Shown piece by piece: positions 21,423-32,512 of a stretch of 57,172 nucleotides of DNA. A model generated the notes under the pieces. It did not search any database and was not told where the DNA came from. It saw only the letters and a program-made list of their open reading frames with translations. Every line of letters begins with the position of its first letter. Position 1 is the first letter of the stretch. Origin of the DNA: Lentisphaeria bacterium (GTDB taxonomy: Bacteria; Verrucomicrobiota; Lentisphaeria; JABSQK01; JAWLHB01); contig JAWLHB010000050.1 of assembly GCA_041690595.1 (NCBI GenBank), forward strand, positions 1-57,172. Direction: 5' to 3'. The translations under genes were made by a program, and so were the position numbers.

Positions 21423-21568
21423 GAAACCGGCCTCTCGTCATGGGGTTCGAGTACGGTAAGAGCGACCAGGAACGCTGCTAACTTAATTCTATATTTAGAA
21501 TCTGTCTACCCCGATCACCAAATCTTCACGGGTGAGAATCGGCGTATCCAGGGTCGGCGTATCCAGGG

Positions 21569-22987
21569 TCAGCAGACCTGCAGAAAGTCGATTTGCAGAA
21601 GGAGGGCAAGCTTGCGCAGCTTGGTGGCCAGGTGCCCGACGCCGATGGCGCAATGATGGGCGGGACCGGCAGCGCACCAGCTATTGAGAAAGGCTTTGGC
21701 GCCGATGCCGAAGCGATAGCGGCTGTTGGTGTTGCCGATTTGCAGAACGGCGCCGGGAACCGACTCTGCTTCCGCGACCAGGAGCATGAGCGAACCGGCT
21801 TTCTGGACGACACTGAGCAAGGTCACCGGTCCATGGCGGACGGTCATCTGAATGGAAAGGCCCTTTCCGGGCTTGCCATGATAGACGGGCAGGGGAACCA
21901 GCCCCACTGGGCCTTCAGCGATAGCCACATGGGCAGGCCCGTCGTGGCCAAGGAAGACGACATCGTCGACAAAGTCGGTGAGGTAGAGTTCCGAGAAGGA
22001 GCCGCCGGCGCCCAGCAGATCCATGATCTTCATGGCCTGTACGTTCTTGACCTCACACTCGCCGGCCACGGGAACATGGCGCCCGGTGAGGAGGGTGTTG
22101 CCGGCAATGACGCTGGTAACGATGTTCTCGTAGTCGTTCCCTGGCGCACCCTCATAATAATAGGCCATCGCGCCGAGATCGTGTGCCGCGACGAGTTGAT
22201 CGAGGGCGACAGAAGTGGTGGCAGCACGCTGCAGTTCGGCCGGCTCGCATTCGTCGGAGACGGCAAACTTGTCGTGAAACTCGGCGATCTTGGCGGCGGT
22301 CTGGGCAGGGGTAACGTCTCGGCGCAGCTGGTGGAGTTCGCACATTTCAAGCAGTTCGAAATGATTGCCGAAGAGAACGGAGTGCTGGGTGAGATCACTG
22401 TAGACGTCGAGCATGCCGCAGTAATAGTGGCCGAGAATACCGACGCGATTGCGAGCCATCGCACGGCGGACCCTGGCGGCGTCGACCCAATCCTCGATCT
22501 CCCGCCAAGCCTCGTCGTCCCGCAGATGACCGGTGACAAGATGATAGTCGATGCCGGCCCTGTTGAAGACACTGGCGATCTCGGGGGCGCTGCAGGCCTG
22601 GCAATGTTCGAGCCAGATGCCGGTCATTTTGCCCCGATCGCCCAGAGCGTTGAAGCGCTCATAGTCCAACTGCGGAACGGGCTGAAGATTGAGCACGACT
22701 ATCGGCACCTTGGCCTGCTGGACGACCGGCAGAACCGTTGAGGAGAGCGCGTAGGTGGTGATGAAGAGAAAGATGATGTCAGCCTCTTCGCGGCGGAAGC
22801 GGCTGCCGGCCTCTCGTGCCCCTTCGACAGTGTCGATGAGGCCGACATCGATGAGATCGGCGCCGAAGGCGGCGAGTTTGTCATGCACCAGCTGCTGATA
22901 GGCCAGGAGCTTTTCGCGGAGACCTTCGAACTGCGGCCAATAGGTGTCGAGTCCAATACCGAAAAGTCCTGCCCTGATGTGATGCAT
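21569..22987 (-). CDS. L-arabinose/L-fucose isomerase-family protein
   Basis: [35 protein letters not shown] and [12 protein letters not shown] match this family. Confidence 0.85.
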   Translation of the reverse strand: MHHIRAGLFGIGLDTYWPQFEGLREKLLAYQQLVHDKLAAFGADLIDVGLIDTVEGAREAGSRFRREEADIIFLFITTYALSSTVLPVVQQAKVPIVVLNLQPVPQLDYERFNALGDRGKMTGIWLEHCQACSAPEIASVFNRAGIDYHLVTGHLRDDEAWREIEDWVDAARVRRAMARNRVGILGHYYCGMLDVYSDLTQHSVLFGNHFELLEMCELHQLRRDVTPAQTAAKIAEFHDKFAVSDECEPAELQRAATTSVALDQLVAAHDLGAMAYYYEGAPGNDYENIVTSVIAGNTLLTGRHVPVAGECEVKNVQAMKIMDLLGAGGSFSELYLTDFVDDVVFLGHDGPAHVAIAEGPVGLVPLPVYHGKPGKGLSIQMTVRHGPVTLLSVVQKAGSLMLLVAEAESVPGAVLQIGNTNSRYRFGIGAKAFLNSWCAAGPAHHCAIGVGHLATKLRKLALLLQIDFLQVC

Positions 22988-23236
22988 ATCGATCTCTCCA
23001 CTCTGGTTCGTATTCTTCGGAAAGAGCAGTATAGGTCAACTGTGCATCGGCGTCAACAAAGGAAGGGGTTGGTCGCGTGGGCATCCGGTGCAACAGTTTG
23101 AGTACGTGTTGTTGCGCGATTGTGTGGCGAGGTTATAGTAGCAGATCTATGTTGCAGTGCATGTTTCGAACAACGATGGAGCAGTGGGATACGGCGTCTG
23201 AGGTGGAATTAGAAGACTTCGGGAAAGGGGAAATAC

Positions 23237-24679
23237 GTGGCAGCCGAAATAAGCAACAGCGGATATGCGGTCCTGGTGGTTGAAGATAATCTCCTGGTCG
23301 GAATGGGGCTGAAAGCGACACTACTAGACGAGGGCTTCACGGTCGAGTTGGCCGAAAGCGGCGTGGCGGCCACCGAGTTGCTGCAGGCAAAAGAGTTCGA
23401 CATAGTCCTGCTGGACATGCGACTACCTGACGCGACCGGCGATCAACTTCTAGCCGGATGGCGCGAGAGATGGCCGGACTTGACGGTTATTTTCATCACT
23501 GGCCACGCGACGGTGGAGATGGCGGTCGAGTGCCTCAAGGCTGGAGCGTACGATTTCCTGGCCAAGCCCGTGGAACGGCCCCACCTGATCAAGACACTGC
23601 AGAACGCGATCCGCCACCGGGAGCTGAAGGACAAGGTCGAGCGCCTGTCGGAGCTTTCGCAACGGGTCACGGATACCATGGTCATGGGCGAAGTCGTGGC
23701 ACTCGACCCGGCCAGCAGACGGATGATGGAGATGGCGTCGCGCATTGCGGCGAGCGATTTTTCGTGCGTTCTGATCACGGGCGAAAGCGGGACGGGCAAG
23801 GGACTGCTGGCGCGAACGCTGCACAAGCTCGGCCGTCGCGCGGAGCACCCGTTTGTCGAGATCAATTGCGCGGCGATGCCGGCCAACCTGGTCGAAAGCG
23901 AGCTGTTCGGCCATGTCAAGGGAAGCTTCACGGACGCGAAGACAGACAAGGTGGGTCTCTTCGAGATGGCGGACAAGGGGACCCTCTTTCTCGATGAGAT
24001 CGGAGATATGGACGTGGGGCTGCAAGCGAAGCTGCTGAAGGTGATGGAGGATCAGCGTTTTCGGCGGATCGGCGGCAACAAGGAAGTGAAGGTGGACGTG
24101 GCCATCGTCGCGGCCACGAACCAGAATATCGAGCAGCACATCACCGATGGACACTTTCGGGCGGATCTCTATTACCGGCTCAACGTGCTGCCGATGCTTC
24201 TGCCCCCCCTGCGGGAGCGCAAACAGGACATCGAACAGCTCTGCAATCATTTTGTTGTACGCTTTTCGCGCAAGCTGGGCAAGCAGATCGATGGATTCAG
24301 CAATGAAGCGATGGCGGCGATCAAGGCGTATTCCTGGCCCGGCAACATCCGAGAGCTGCGCAACGTTGTGGAGCGCAGTTGCATTCTGACGCCGGATCCG
24401 GTGATCGGCGATCTGGGGCTGCTCTTCCCGAATCGGCCGGTGCATGAGGTGCGGGCATCGGCCGCGGCGGCCAGTGAGATCTCGACATCGACACCCCCGC
24501 CCACTCCCGCCTCCAGGCCGGCGAGATTGCCGGCGATGCCGCTGCAGGATGCGGAACGGCAGATTATCGTTTCAGCCATGGAGGAAGCGGGCGGCAACCG
24601 GAATGAAGCGGCCAAAGTTCTGGGTATTCACCGCACGACACTCTACAAGAAGCTCCAACTATACGGACTCGATAGCTGA
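23237..24679 (+). CDS. Sigma-54-dependent response regulator (NtrC/AtoC family)
   Basis: Receiver domain, [40 protein letters not shown] and HTH AAKVLGIHRTTLYKKL; GTG start. Confidence 0.95.
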   Translation: MAAEISNSGYAVLVVEDNLLVGMGLKATLLDEGFTVELAESGVAATELLQAKEFDIVLLDMRLPDATGDQLLAGWRERWPDLTVIFITGHATVEMAVECLKAGAYDFLAKPVERPHLIKTLQNAIRHRELKDKVERLSELSQRVTDTMVMGEVVALDPASRRMMEMASRIAASDFSCVLITGESGTGKGLLARTLHKLGRRAEHPFVEINCAAMPANLVESELFGHVKGSFTDAKTDKVGLFEMADKGTLFLDEIGDMDVGLQAKLLKVMEDQRFRRIGGNKEVKVDVAIVAATNQNIEQHITDGHFRADLYYRLNVLPMLLPPLRERKQDIEQLCNHFVVRFSRKLGKQIDGFSNEAMAAIKAYSWPGNIRELRNVVERSCILTPDPVIGDLGLLFPNRPVHEVRASAAAASEISTSTPPPTPASRPARLPAMPLQDAERQIIVSAMEEAGGNRNEAAKVLGIHRTTLYKKLQLYGLDS

Positions 24680-24753
24680 GGCGGCTCCCGGCATCCATTC
24701 GCCAAAGGGCAAGATCGCTTCATCATGCCCAGAGACACAATCCTGTCACGGAG

Positions 24754-27105
24754 ATGAACGTCATGAAGCACGTTGGGCCTGTTGTGACCATGCTCATGTT
24801 TCTCTGCCTCGGGGCCGCGGGTGGGGAGAGCGTCGCGTATCATGTCGACTTTGCGGACATGAAGGTGGGACGGGTAACTGACGAGCTGCATCTGGTGGAC
24901 GATGCGGCAGCGCCACATGGCAAGGCGATGCGCATCGATTACCGGCAAGGAGGAGTACCGGGGCCGATCGGCCATACGCGCGCCCCCCTGCGTGGACTTG
25001 CCGGCGAGGTCCGCGTGCTGATCCTGGCACGTGGCGAGGGTTTCAGCGGCCTGCGCCGTCAGTTGCGGCTCATCGCCAATTTCCGTCATGAGGGAAGCGG
25101 GATGACGCATGCCTTCCCGACGCTGCTCCAGGGGGTGCGCCATCCGGAGAATGGCTACGTACTGTTGGCGGTCACGGGTCTCCTGCCGGCGGCTCCCGGG
25201 GACTACACCTTCTACTTGTCGGCTTCCTGGGTGGAGAAGGAGGAAGCTCCCCTGCCGCGTGCATGGATTGGAGAGGTGAAGGTGATGGCGCATGACGAGA
25301 CGGAACCCTACATCAGCGATGGGGCGCCGGAGAAGATGCGGTACGCGGCGGGCGCCAAAGCCCGCTATCGGCTTTCCGTCGTGAATCCCCGCAATGCCGG
25401 TTTCCGCGGTATGCTTCGCCTGCATGAATCGTACGGCCTCCAGCATCGTCGTTTGGTGGGCACGGAGCGTTGTGTGCTCGCGCCCGGTGAGCGCGGGACC
25501 GTCGATTTCACGTGGCGAACGCCGAAGGTGGAGGCGGGCCGGGCTCTGGAGGTCGAGCTTGTTGAGGGGGATGTGGTGCTGGACAGGTGGGAGGACGAGA
25601 TGGGGGTCGCGGAGAATCCGGGGTTCCTGGCCAACCGAACCATGTACACGGAGGAGCAGGGGCACATGGGCGTGCACCACGCTTTTTATATCGGGCCGGC
25701 GCCGGATACGCGCTCACGCCAATCCGTCGATTACGTGATCGACAAACGCCGCCAGCGCATGGAGTACTTTTCGTGGTCGTACAACGAATTGGCGCAGTTC
25801 ATTCCGCCGGCCGGGGAAGATCCCTTTCTGGGCAATGAGGGAATCTGGTGGCAGAGCATGAAGAAGCTGCGCCTGCAGTTCGGGCTGCTTACGGATGCCG
25901 GCGTCAGCACCATCACCTACGTCAACGGCCATGCCTGGGGGCCGACTGCTTACGATCTTTATCAACGACGGCCGGAATGGTTTGTGTATGGTGAAGATGG
26001 GGATCTGCGTGGCAACAGCTGGGAGATGCAGTGGCGCAGCCAGTATGAGCATCGGTACGACCTCGACTTCAGGATTCCGCGCAAGTCGCCTTTCTTCTAT
26101 GGTGTGCTCAATCCGCTGCTGCCGGAAACGCGCCGGTACATGGCCGATCAGTTCATCCGTCTGAACCGTGAGCTTCAATTCAGCGGGGCGCGCTGGGATG
26201 TATGGAGCATGGATGTGACGCCAAACGACTATGACCTGTACGGGCGTCCGCTGGCAGGCGACTGGGAGGAGGCCGATCGGCTGTGGGCGGAATCGCTGGC
26301 CGCCATCAAGAAGCTGGTTGCGGAGGAGGTGAAGAGCTTCACCTGGGGCTACAACTACTGCGCGCCCGAAGAGAACTTGCGTACGCCTCTGGTGCTGCGG
26401 GAGAAGTGCCGGGGAGGTGGCTGGATGCTTGACGAACGTGCCTATGGCTACTTTCAGAAAAACTCTCCCTACCATCGCTGGGAAGATTACCGCGACCGCA
26501 TGGTCGGCTGGGGCAACGAAATCCTGAGCTACGGCGGAATCTACAATCCCTTCGCCTTTCGCCGCGGCGGCGCGTTGTACGGGGTCGACCGCCTGTATCA
26601 GGACATTATCCGCATCCTCTCCAGCGGTCGCGACAGCTCCTTCTACAGCAATCGCGCCGGATTGGCCGGCGAATTGGATCGTCTGGCCTTCCGCTTCAGC
26701 AATACCTACTATGGCTGGAATCTCCGGCTGCAGTCGCCGGAGCAGACGGAGATCGCCGTGATGGCGGATGCCCCGCTCTGGTGGAAAGAGCTGGTCTTCG
26801 CCAACACCAGCCACGACGGCCGGCCGCAGCGCATTGTCCACCTGGTCAATCCCCCGCTTGCCGAGAGCATCGAGGACGACCCCGGGTCGGCGGTTCGCCC
26901 TCCGGTTGAAGGGATTCGCGTGAGCTGCGCCGCGTTGCAGGGCAAGTTGCCGGTGAAGGGCTGGTTGCTGGCGGCCGAGCCGATGGATGCGGATGCCGAA
27001 CCTCTGGTACAGGCGGTGCCTCTGGTCCTGCGGCGGACTGAGCAGCGGGTGGAGGTGGACGTACCGCTTCTGCATTACTTCAAGACCGTCGTTTTCGAGT
27101 ACTGA
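24754..27105 (+). CDS. Secreted putative glycoside hydrolase (GH66-like layout, tentative)
   Basis: Signal peptide, Ig-like N-terminal part, aromatic-rich barrel region (MEYFSW, FSGARWD) and a C-terminal IVHLVN beta domain. The family assignment is inference. Confidence 0.6.
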   Translation: MNVMKHVGPVVTMLMFLCLGAAGGESVAYHVDFADMKVGRVTDELHLVDDAAAPHGKAMRIDYRQGGVPGPIGHTRAPLRGLAGEVRVLILARGEGFSGLRRQLRLIANFRHEGSGMTHAFPTLLQGVRHPENGYVLLAVTGLLPAAPGDYTFYLSASWVEKEEAPLPRAWIGEVKVMAHDETEPYISDGAPEKMRYAAGAKARYRLSVVNPRNAGFRGMLRLHESYGLQHRRLVGTERCVLAPGERGTVDFTWRTPKVEAGRALEVELVEGDVVLDRWEDEMGVAENPGFLANRTMYTEEQGHMGVHHAFYIGPAPDTRSRQSVDYVIDKRRQRMEYFSWSYNELAQFIPPAGEDPFLGNEGIWWQSMKKLRLQFGLLTDAGVSTITYVNGHAWGPTAYDLYQRRPEWFVYGEDGDLRGNSWEMQWRSQYEHRYDLDFRIPRKSPFFYGVLNPLLPETRRYMADQFIRLNRELQFSGARWDVWSMDVTPNDYDLYGRPLAGDWEEADRLWAESLAAIKKLVAEEVKSFTWGYNYCAPEENLRTPLVLREKCRGGGWMLDERAYGYFQKNSPYHRWEDYRDRMVGWGNEILSYGGIYNPFAFRRGGALYGVDRLYQDIIRILSSGRDSSFYSNRAGLAGELDRLAFRFSNTYYGWNLRLQSPEQTEIAVMADAPLWWKELVFANTSHDGRPQRIVHLVNPPLAESIEDDPGSAVRPPVEGIRVSCAALQGKLPVKGWLLAAEPMDADAEPLVQAVPLVLRRTEQRVEVDVPLLHYFKTVVFEY

Positions 27106-27113
27106 ACAGGAGA

Positions 27114-28961
27114 ATGCCCATGCGTCACTTGCTGATCGCCTGTCTGTTTGTCACCATGGCCGTGAAAGCGCAGGAAGCTTCGTTCGACCTGATCGGCCCG
27201 AATGCCTTGTCCAACGCCGGCTTTGAAGGCGAGAGCGGGATGCAGGGGTGGACCGCCAGCGTCGACGGTGGCGCCACGGTGGAGTTGAGCCGAGAGATCT
27301 TTCTTGACGGCCAGCACTCCCTGGCGCTGGTAACAACGGGCGCGAAGCAGAGCGCCGGGGTGATATCGGAAGCAGTCAAGCTGAAGCCGGGGCTGCACTA
27401 CCTGGTGGCCGTTTCGTATCGGCAGGGGGGATTCGGGGTGACGGGTGACTCGTATCGCGGGACCAGCTCCTTCGCCAAGGTGACCTGGTTGAACGAGGAG
27501 GGTCGCCCGATCGGTTCCGACTCCGGCATGAGTCGGTTCCCCTATGGCGCCTGCGGTTGGGACATTCGCGATGCGCTGGTTAAGCCGCCTCCCGAGGCAG
27601 CCTCGCTACAGGTCGAGGTGCATGTGAGCAACAACAGCGTCGCGCATTCCGGCGAAGCCCATACAGCGACTGTTTGGCTCGACAGCATGCAGGTGCGTCC
27701 GTACCGCCCCCCTCCCACTCCGGAATGGGCAACCGGCGAGGTTCGCCATGTGGTGGAAGGGACCATTGTACGATCCGACCTGCGGGTTTTTCATCCGGCG
27801 GCGGAGGTCGACTGGCACTCGATGGGCGGGGCATGGTCGAAGGTTGTCGCCGACCCTGAGGCCGCAAGCGCGCAGGCGCTTAAGGCGACGGCGGATGCGG
27901 GGCGCGGCCTGATGGCTCACTCACCGTATTATGATGCGATGCCGCCGGGCCTTTATCGCCTGCGCATGCGGGTGAAGGTCGCGGAGACGAGCAGCGCCAA
28001 GTCAGTCGGGAGCCTGGACATCGCCAGTCGCTTTGCGGGAGGCCGCCTTCTCCTGCCGATAGTCCCCGCGGCCTTCGCCGAGCCGGGCCGTTACCAGGAG
28101 ATCGAGCGCGACTTCCTGCTGCGGGATGACAGCTGGTGGTGCATGCGCTTCTATACGGAGGGAATCAGCGAGTGGCAGGTGGATTGGATCAAGGTCTTTC
28201 CGCTGCACACCTTCACCGATCGCGAGCTGCTGACGGTCTATCCCGGCGCAGCGGCAGGGTTACCCGACGAGCTGATCGTCACCCGCCAGCGGCCATGGCG
28301 CGTGCTCTTTGTCGCGGGCCTTGGCTATGACTGGTCGGCGCCGACGCGGATCCTTCACCTGATGGATCCGCGGATGGAGATCACGCCCGCGTGGTGCCGC
28401 CGCGATCGGAACTTCAGCATCGATGGTATGCCAGAGAGCGCGGAGGAGCTTTTTGCGTACAACCTGGTGGTCCTGGCCAATGTGCATGGCAATGCTCTGG
28501 GCATCCGCCACCGGCTCTATCTCAATTCCTACATCGAGCGGGGCGGAGCGCTCCTCGTACTTGGCGGTCCCCAGAGTCTGGAGCGCGGGAAGTGGCAGGG
28601 TTCACTGTTGGAAGAGGCGCTGCCAGTTCGAGCCATGTCGTCCTTCGACAGCCTGCTGCACAGAGCGGAAGGCTGGGCGATTACCTTGGAAGAGAAGCTT
28701 CCATGGCTTCGTGAATCCGATACGTCCGCCGTGCCCCTTGCCTACTTTCTACATCGGGTCGAGCTGACGGAGAGCGCGCAGCTCTTCGCCCGGGCAGGGG
28801 AGCATCCTTTCCTGGTTGGGGCGGAGGTCGGACGAGGCCGAGTCGTCTGCGTACTTGGCTGGCCGATGGGGGAGCCGGGGCCGGAGGCGCTTCCCTACTG
28901 GCAGTGGGAGGATTGGCCTTACCTGATGCGGAATGCCCTGTGGTGGGCACTGCGCTACTGA
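27114..28961 (+). CDS. Secreted protein with an N-terminal CBM-like domain and a C-terminal class-I glutamine amidotransferase-like domain
   Basis: Signal peptide, NALSNAGFE (CBM4/9-like start), and YNLVVLANV...YIERGGALLVLGGPQS...GRGRV (GATase1-like). Confidence 0.7.
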   Translation: MPMRHLLIACLFVTMAVKAQEASFDLIGPNALSNAGFEGESGMQGWTASVDGGATVELSREIFLDGQHSLALVTTGAKQSAGVISEAVKLKPGLHYLVAVSYRQGGFGVTGDSYRGTSSFAKVTWLNEEGRPIGSDSGMSRFPYGACGWDIRDALVKPPPEAASLQVEVHVSNNSVAHSGEAHTATVWLDSMQVRPYRPPPTPEWATGEVRHVVEGTIVRSDLRVFHPAAEVDWHSMGGAWSKVVADPEAASAQALKATADAGRGLMAHSPYYDAMPPGLYRLRMRVKVAETSSAKSVGSLDIASRFAGGRLLLPIVPAAFAEPGRYQEIERDFLLRDDSWWCMRFYTEGISEWQVDWIKVFPLHTFTDRELLTVYPGAAAGLPDELIVTRQRPWRVLFVAGLGYDWSAPTRILHLMDPRMEITPAWCRRDRNFSIDGMPESAEELFAYNLVVLANVHGNALGIRHRLYLNSYIERGGALLVLGGPQSLERGKWQGSLLEEALPVRAMSSFDSLLHRAEGWAITLEEKLPWLRESDTSAVPLAYFLHRVELTESAQLFARAGEHPFLVGAEVGRGRVVCVLGWPMGEPGPEALPYWQWEDWPYLMRNALWWALRY

Positions 28962-28969
28962 GAAGCCGG

Positions 28970-29671
28970 CTACCTGGCTTCGCGGCAACAGGAGATCATG
29001 TCGTGGCGCTGGATGGCGGCGACGATTTCCCTGGCAACCAGGGCATGCCCTTCGGGGCCGGGATGTATCCAGTCGTCGGGCGAAATGAAGGTCGAAAGGG
29101 GTGTACCGGAGTCGCGCGCGGTCAGACTGGCCTGGTAGGCGTTGGCAAGAGGCAACTCCCACTCCTCGGCCATGCGCACCGCTTCTTCCAGGTAGACAAT
29201 CCGCTGCTCGGCCATGCGGCGACGTATGGCCACGGGGGTATGGACGAAATTGGGCACGGTTTCGAGAAAATGCTCGGGATCCGGGGCGATGGTGACAACA
29301 AAGACGAGCTCGGCGCGGGTCTTTTCGCGCAGGGTGGAGAGCATGCGCCAGTGCATCTCGCGAAAGTGCTTGAGTCCTTCGGTGGTGGCCCCGTCAGCGC
29401 CATTGTTGTAGGCAAAGCTTTCGAGCATGACGATGTCGGGGTCGAGCGCGACGAGGGGGGGATTGGTGCGGCCGCCGTGCTCGTAGCTGTTGGTGAGGCG
29501 CCGGAGGGCGTATCCGGCGCGGGTGCCACCGACCGCCTGGTTGACCAGATCGAAGGAGCATTGCGGCGACATCTGGCGAAGGAGTTCCGCCAGTGCCGGC
29601 ATGGCCGGACCGGCGCCTTCGGTCATGGAATCGCCGGTGGCAACGACGCGGATGCAGTCGTGATGGGGCAT
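28970..29671 (-). CDS. SGNH/GDSL hydrolase
   Basis: GDSMTEG, NQAVGG and DWIHP motifs. Confidence 0.88.
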   Translation of the reverse strand: MPHHDCIRVVATGDSMTEGAGPAMPALAELLRQMSPQCSFDLVNQAVGGTRAGYALRRLTNSYEHGGRTNPPLVALDPDIVMLESFAYNNGADGATTEGLKHFREMHWRMLSTLREKTRAELVFVVTIAPDPEHFLETVPNFVHTPVAIRRRMAEQRIVYLEEAVRMAEEWELPLANAYQASLTARDSGTPLSTFISPDDWIHPGPEGHALVAREIVAAIQRHDMISCCREAR

Positions 29672-29882
29672 GATCTTAACAAGTCCCGGGTGGAATTGCA
29701 GCAGGTATCGAGATCACCGCGATTGTAAAGGGCAGTTGCATGTATCCGTGCTCCAGGTGAAAATGTGGCGCCTCAAAGCGCTTTGAACGCATTGAATAGG
29801 GTAATGCGAGGAGACCAAAATGCAACCGCTGGCCAGCAGAGTGACTCTGCTTCGCGTCACGGACCAGCACCCGGTGCATCGA

Positions 29883-30914
29883 TCAACAGTGGCGTGGCGG
29901 TGCCAGGCTTTCGCCAGTCTGCCAAAGGTAAGGCAGCACGACCGGCGAAAGCCCCTGCAAGGGCTTGTCCAGCTTGGTAAGTGTCTGCGCGACGGCAGCT
30001 TTGCCAAGCTCGGCAATGGGGCTCTGCATGGTGGCCAGGCAGAGAGCCATATCGTCAGCGTCGGCATCGTGAAACGTAGCGATGCTGAAGTCGTCGGGGA
30101 TGACCAGGCCGCTGGCAGCAGCGGCATAGGCAACGGCGATGGCTGCCGTGCTTGCATGAGCAAGGATCGCGGTTGGCCGATCCTCGAGCTCCAGCCAGGC
30201 GCGCGTGAAGGCAATGCGTTCGGAGAGGGGAAGATGACCAGTACCGCCGATCAACCGTGGCGGCAGCCCCGCGGCTTCCATGGCTGAGCGATAGCCGATG
30301 TGACGGTCAATCACACTGTAGTGGAGCCTGCCATCGCTGACATCGGAGCAGTAATTGACGAAGGCAATCCGCCGATGACCCAGCGCGAGGAGTTGCTGTG
30401 TTGCGGTGCGACTGGCGGCATAATCATCCGCGTAGACGCAATCACCGTGGTGCTTGGAGTTGATCCATATCGCGGGAGTCCGCAGTTCGTTGATCAGCTT
30501 TACAAGGGTCGCGGGTATACGGGCCATGTAGGCGACGATGAAGCTGTCGACGCTCAGTTCCCGCACCACGCGCGGCAGCCCCGCGGAGCGCGAAAGATGC
30601 TTGTCGGAGATGTGGGTGAGCGACATGTGCAGGTCATTTTCCTGGAGTTCAGTCTGAATGCCGGCCATCAGCCGCGGAAAGATGGAGTCCTTATCCGGGT
30701 TGGAACTGGTGAGTATGCCGATGTAGTTCGAGCGACCACTGATCATGGTTCGCGCCGCGGCATTTGGACGATAGTCAAGCGTTCGTGCGACAGAGAGAAT
30801 GCGTTTGACGGTCTCCTCTTTGTAAAGGTCGACGTTGCCGTTGAGAACCTGGCTGACGGTCGGCATGGAATAACCAACACGTTCCGCAATCTGCCTGATC
30901 GTCACCTTCGCCAT
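29883..30914 (-). CDS. LacI-family transcriptional regulator
   Basis: VTIRQIAERVGYSMPTVSQVLN HTH, YRPNAAAR, LGHRRIAF and IPDDFSI. Confidence 0.95.
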   Translation of the reverse strand: MAKVTIRQIAERVGYSMPTVSQVLNGNVDLYKEETVKRILSVARTLDYRPNAAARTMISGRSNYIGILTSSNPDKDSIFPRLMAGIQTELQENDLHMSLTHISDKHLSRSAGLPRVVRELSVDSFIVAYMARIPATLVKLINELRTPAIWINSKHHGDCVYADDYAASRTATQQLLALGHRRIAFVNYCSDVSDGRLHYSVIDRHIGYRSAMEAAGLPPRLIGGTGHLPLSERIAFTRAWLELEDRPTAILAHASTAAIAVAYAAAASGLVIPDDFSIATFHDADADDMALCLATMQSPIAELGKAAVAQTLTKLDKPLQGLSPVVLPYLWQTGESLAPPRHC

Positions 30915-30980
30915 AACCGGAATTGCCTCACTCTGCAGATAAACTTAGCTGTCGGGTAGTCTATAGCACCGATTAGCGTC

Positions 30981-32249
30981 CTACAACCCAATACTGTCAG
31001 CATTATCGCCTCCATTTTCGGTAGAAAGACGATAGACGGTACCGTGGGCACCATTCTGGTAGCCATACCCATCGCCACTGGTTACGTACAGCCAGCCGCC
31101 ATGCCAGAGTACATTCTCGCTTTTCATCGAAGGATTTGTTGTCATCGCCGCCAAGTCGGCCCAAGGTGCTGCGGCGCCCTCACGGCCATCGAAGGGCTGC
31201 GCGGGATCGGGTTGAAAGCGAAAGATTCTGGCCGGCTCGGCGCTGACCACATAGAGTCGCCCCTGATGGTCGAAGGTCATATCGGTCAGGTTGGCGCTGG
31301 CCCCGGTATGCGGATCGAATGGCTCGAAGCGGGCCACAAGCTGCGCCGCCACAGGCTTTTTCGGCGCGAAATCATCCCCGAGTGGCAAGCGGAAGATCAC
31401 GGAGGAGGTACGACAGCCCACGTAGAGATACCCGCCGTGTGCAGCCAGGGCGCTGTGGCCGTACCACTCGGCTACTCCGCCATCTGACAGAGGCACGCGT
31501 TCATCGAGCACCACCTCGCTTGCCGGCGGTCCGGCGTGGGGATCGGCGACAAGGGCACGCAGATCGTAGCGCACCAAGAGGTTATTGTCCTTGGCAACGG
31601 CATACAGCCAGCGTCCCAAGGGAAGGCAGTTATCCGGTCCGTTCAGCCAGCCATGAGGCGGCGGATGATGACGCGGGTCGTGATGCGGATAGCTGCCGCC
31701 AGCGCTGCCGCGGTGTCGCTCCACCTCATGCCATCGTTTCGTCCGCATATCGTAGCGCAGCAAAGCGTCGGTGAGATTCTTGCTGAAGTGGATCGGGTCA
31801 TCGGCGGATCGTTGCTTGTCGATGCCACTGAAAGCACAGATATAAAAGCTTTGCGTCGGCTCGTGCCACCGCAACGTGCAATAGGGACGATCCGTCAGGC
31901 GATCGCTTTCAGGTGGCGTCGCCTCGCGGTTCCAGAGGCTGAATGGTGGCGAGGTGGGGAGGGTCAGAACGGTGCCATTGTTCCGCACGGCCGCCGATAC
32001 CTCGGGCGCATCGGCGGCTTCGCTGATTCGCGGGTCGACGATGAAGAGGGTTCCGGCCCGATCGTCGATCTCGGCGGATACGCCACCGGCTCCGCGTACG
32101 CGCCCGCGGGCAAGCACATGAAGCTTGCCATCGACCATCGCCAAACCACGGGGGAATGGGACCGCGGTGCTGACCCTCTCCAGCAGAAGCGTGTTGCCAA
32201 CCAGCGAGACTCCCACGCACCATGCCATTACCACCAATCTGCTTACCAT
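30981..32249 (-). CDS. Hypothetical secreted protein, probable beta-propeller
   Basis: 422-aa ORF with a hydrophobic N-terminus and repeated blade-like motifs (FPRGLAM, GWLNGPDNC, GYLYVG, DMTFDHQGRLYV, GWLYVT). Confidence 0.65.
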   Translation of the reverse strand: MVSRLVVMAWCVGVSLVGNTLLLERVSTAVPFPRGLAMVDGKLHVLARGRVRGAGGVSAEIDDRAGTLFIVDPRISEAADAPEVSAAVRNNGTVLTLPTSPPFSLWNREATPPESDRLTDRPYCTLRWHEPTQSFYICAFSGIDKQRSADDPIHFSKNLTDALLRYDMRTKRWHEVERHRGSAGGSYPHHDPRHHPPPHGWLNGPDNCLPLGRWLYAVAKDNNLLVRYDLRALVADPHAGPPASEVVLDERVPLSDGGVAEWYGHSALAAHGGYLYVGCRTSSVIFRLPLGDDFAPKKPVAAQLVARFEPFDPHTGASANLTDMTFDHQGRLYVVSAEPARIFRFQPDPAQPFDGREGAAAPWADLAAMTTNPSMKSENVLWHGGWLYVTSGDGYGYQNGAHGTVYRLSTENGGDNADSIGL

Positions 32250-32512
32250 CGCCTCGCACCTCCGTTGCCGCTTGTTCCGTTATGGCCGGGGAACATTACT
32301 GTTCCCGCACTGTTCGCGCAAGCAATCACACTGGAAAAGGAGCAGCAATTCGCGAGACCGCGCTGACGACTATCTGCAAGTTTGGCAGAGCTGAGTGAGA
32401 AGAGAGGATGGGTCAGCATGGCAATCTGCGCACCAAAGTTGCGGTTGAGGCGGTTCAGGCTCTACGTTATCCGAAGGGCACACGTTTTAATTCCCACATG
32501 GGAGATCTTTGC

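Noticed and set aside
21539..21568. 15-bp tandem duplication TCGGCGTATCCAGGG x2 beside the isomerase stop
   Set aside because: Real but only two copies, most simply a local slippage event.
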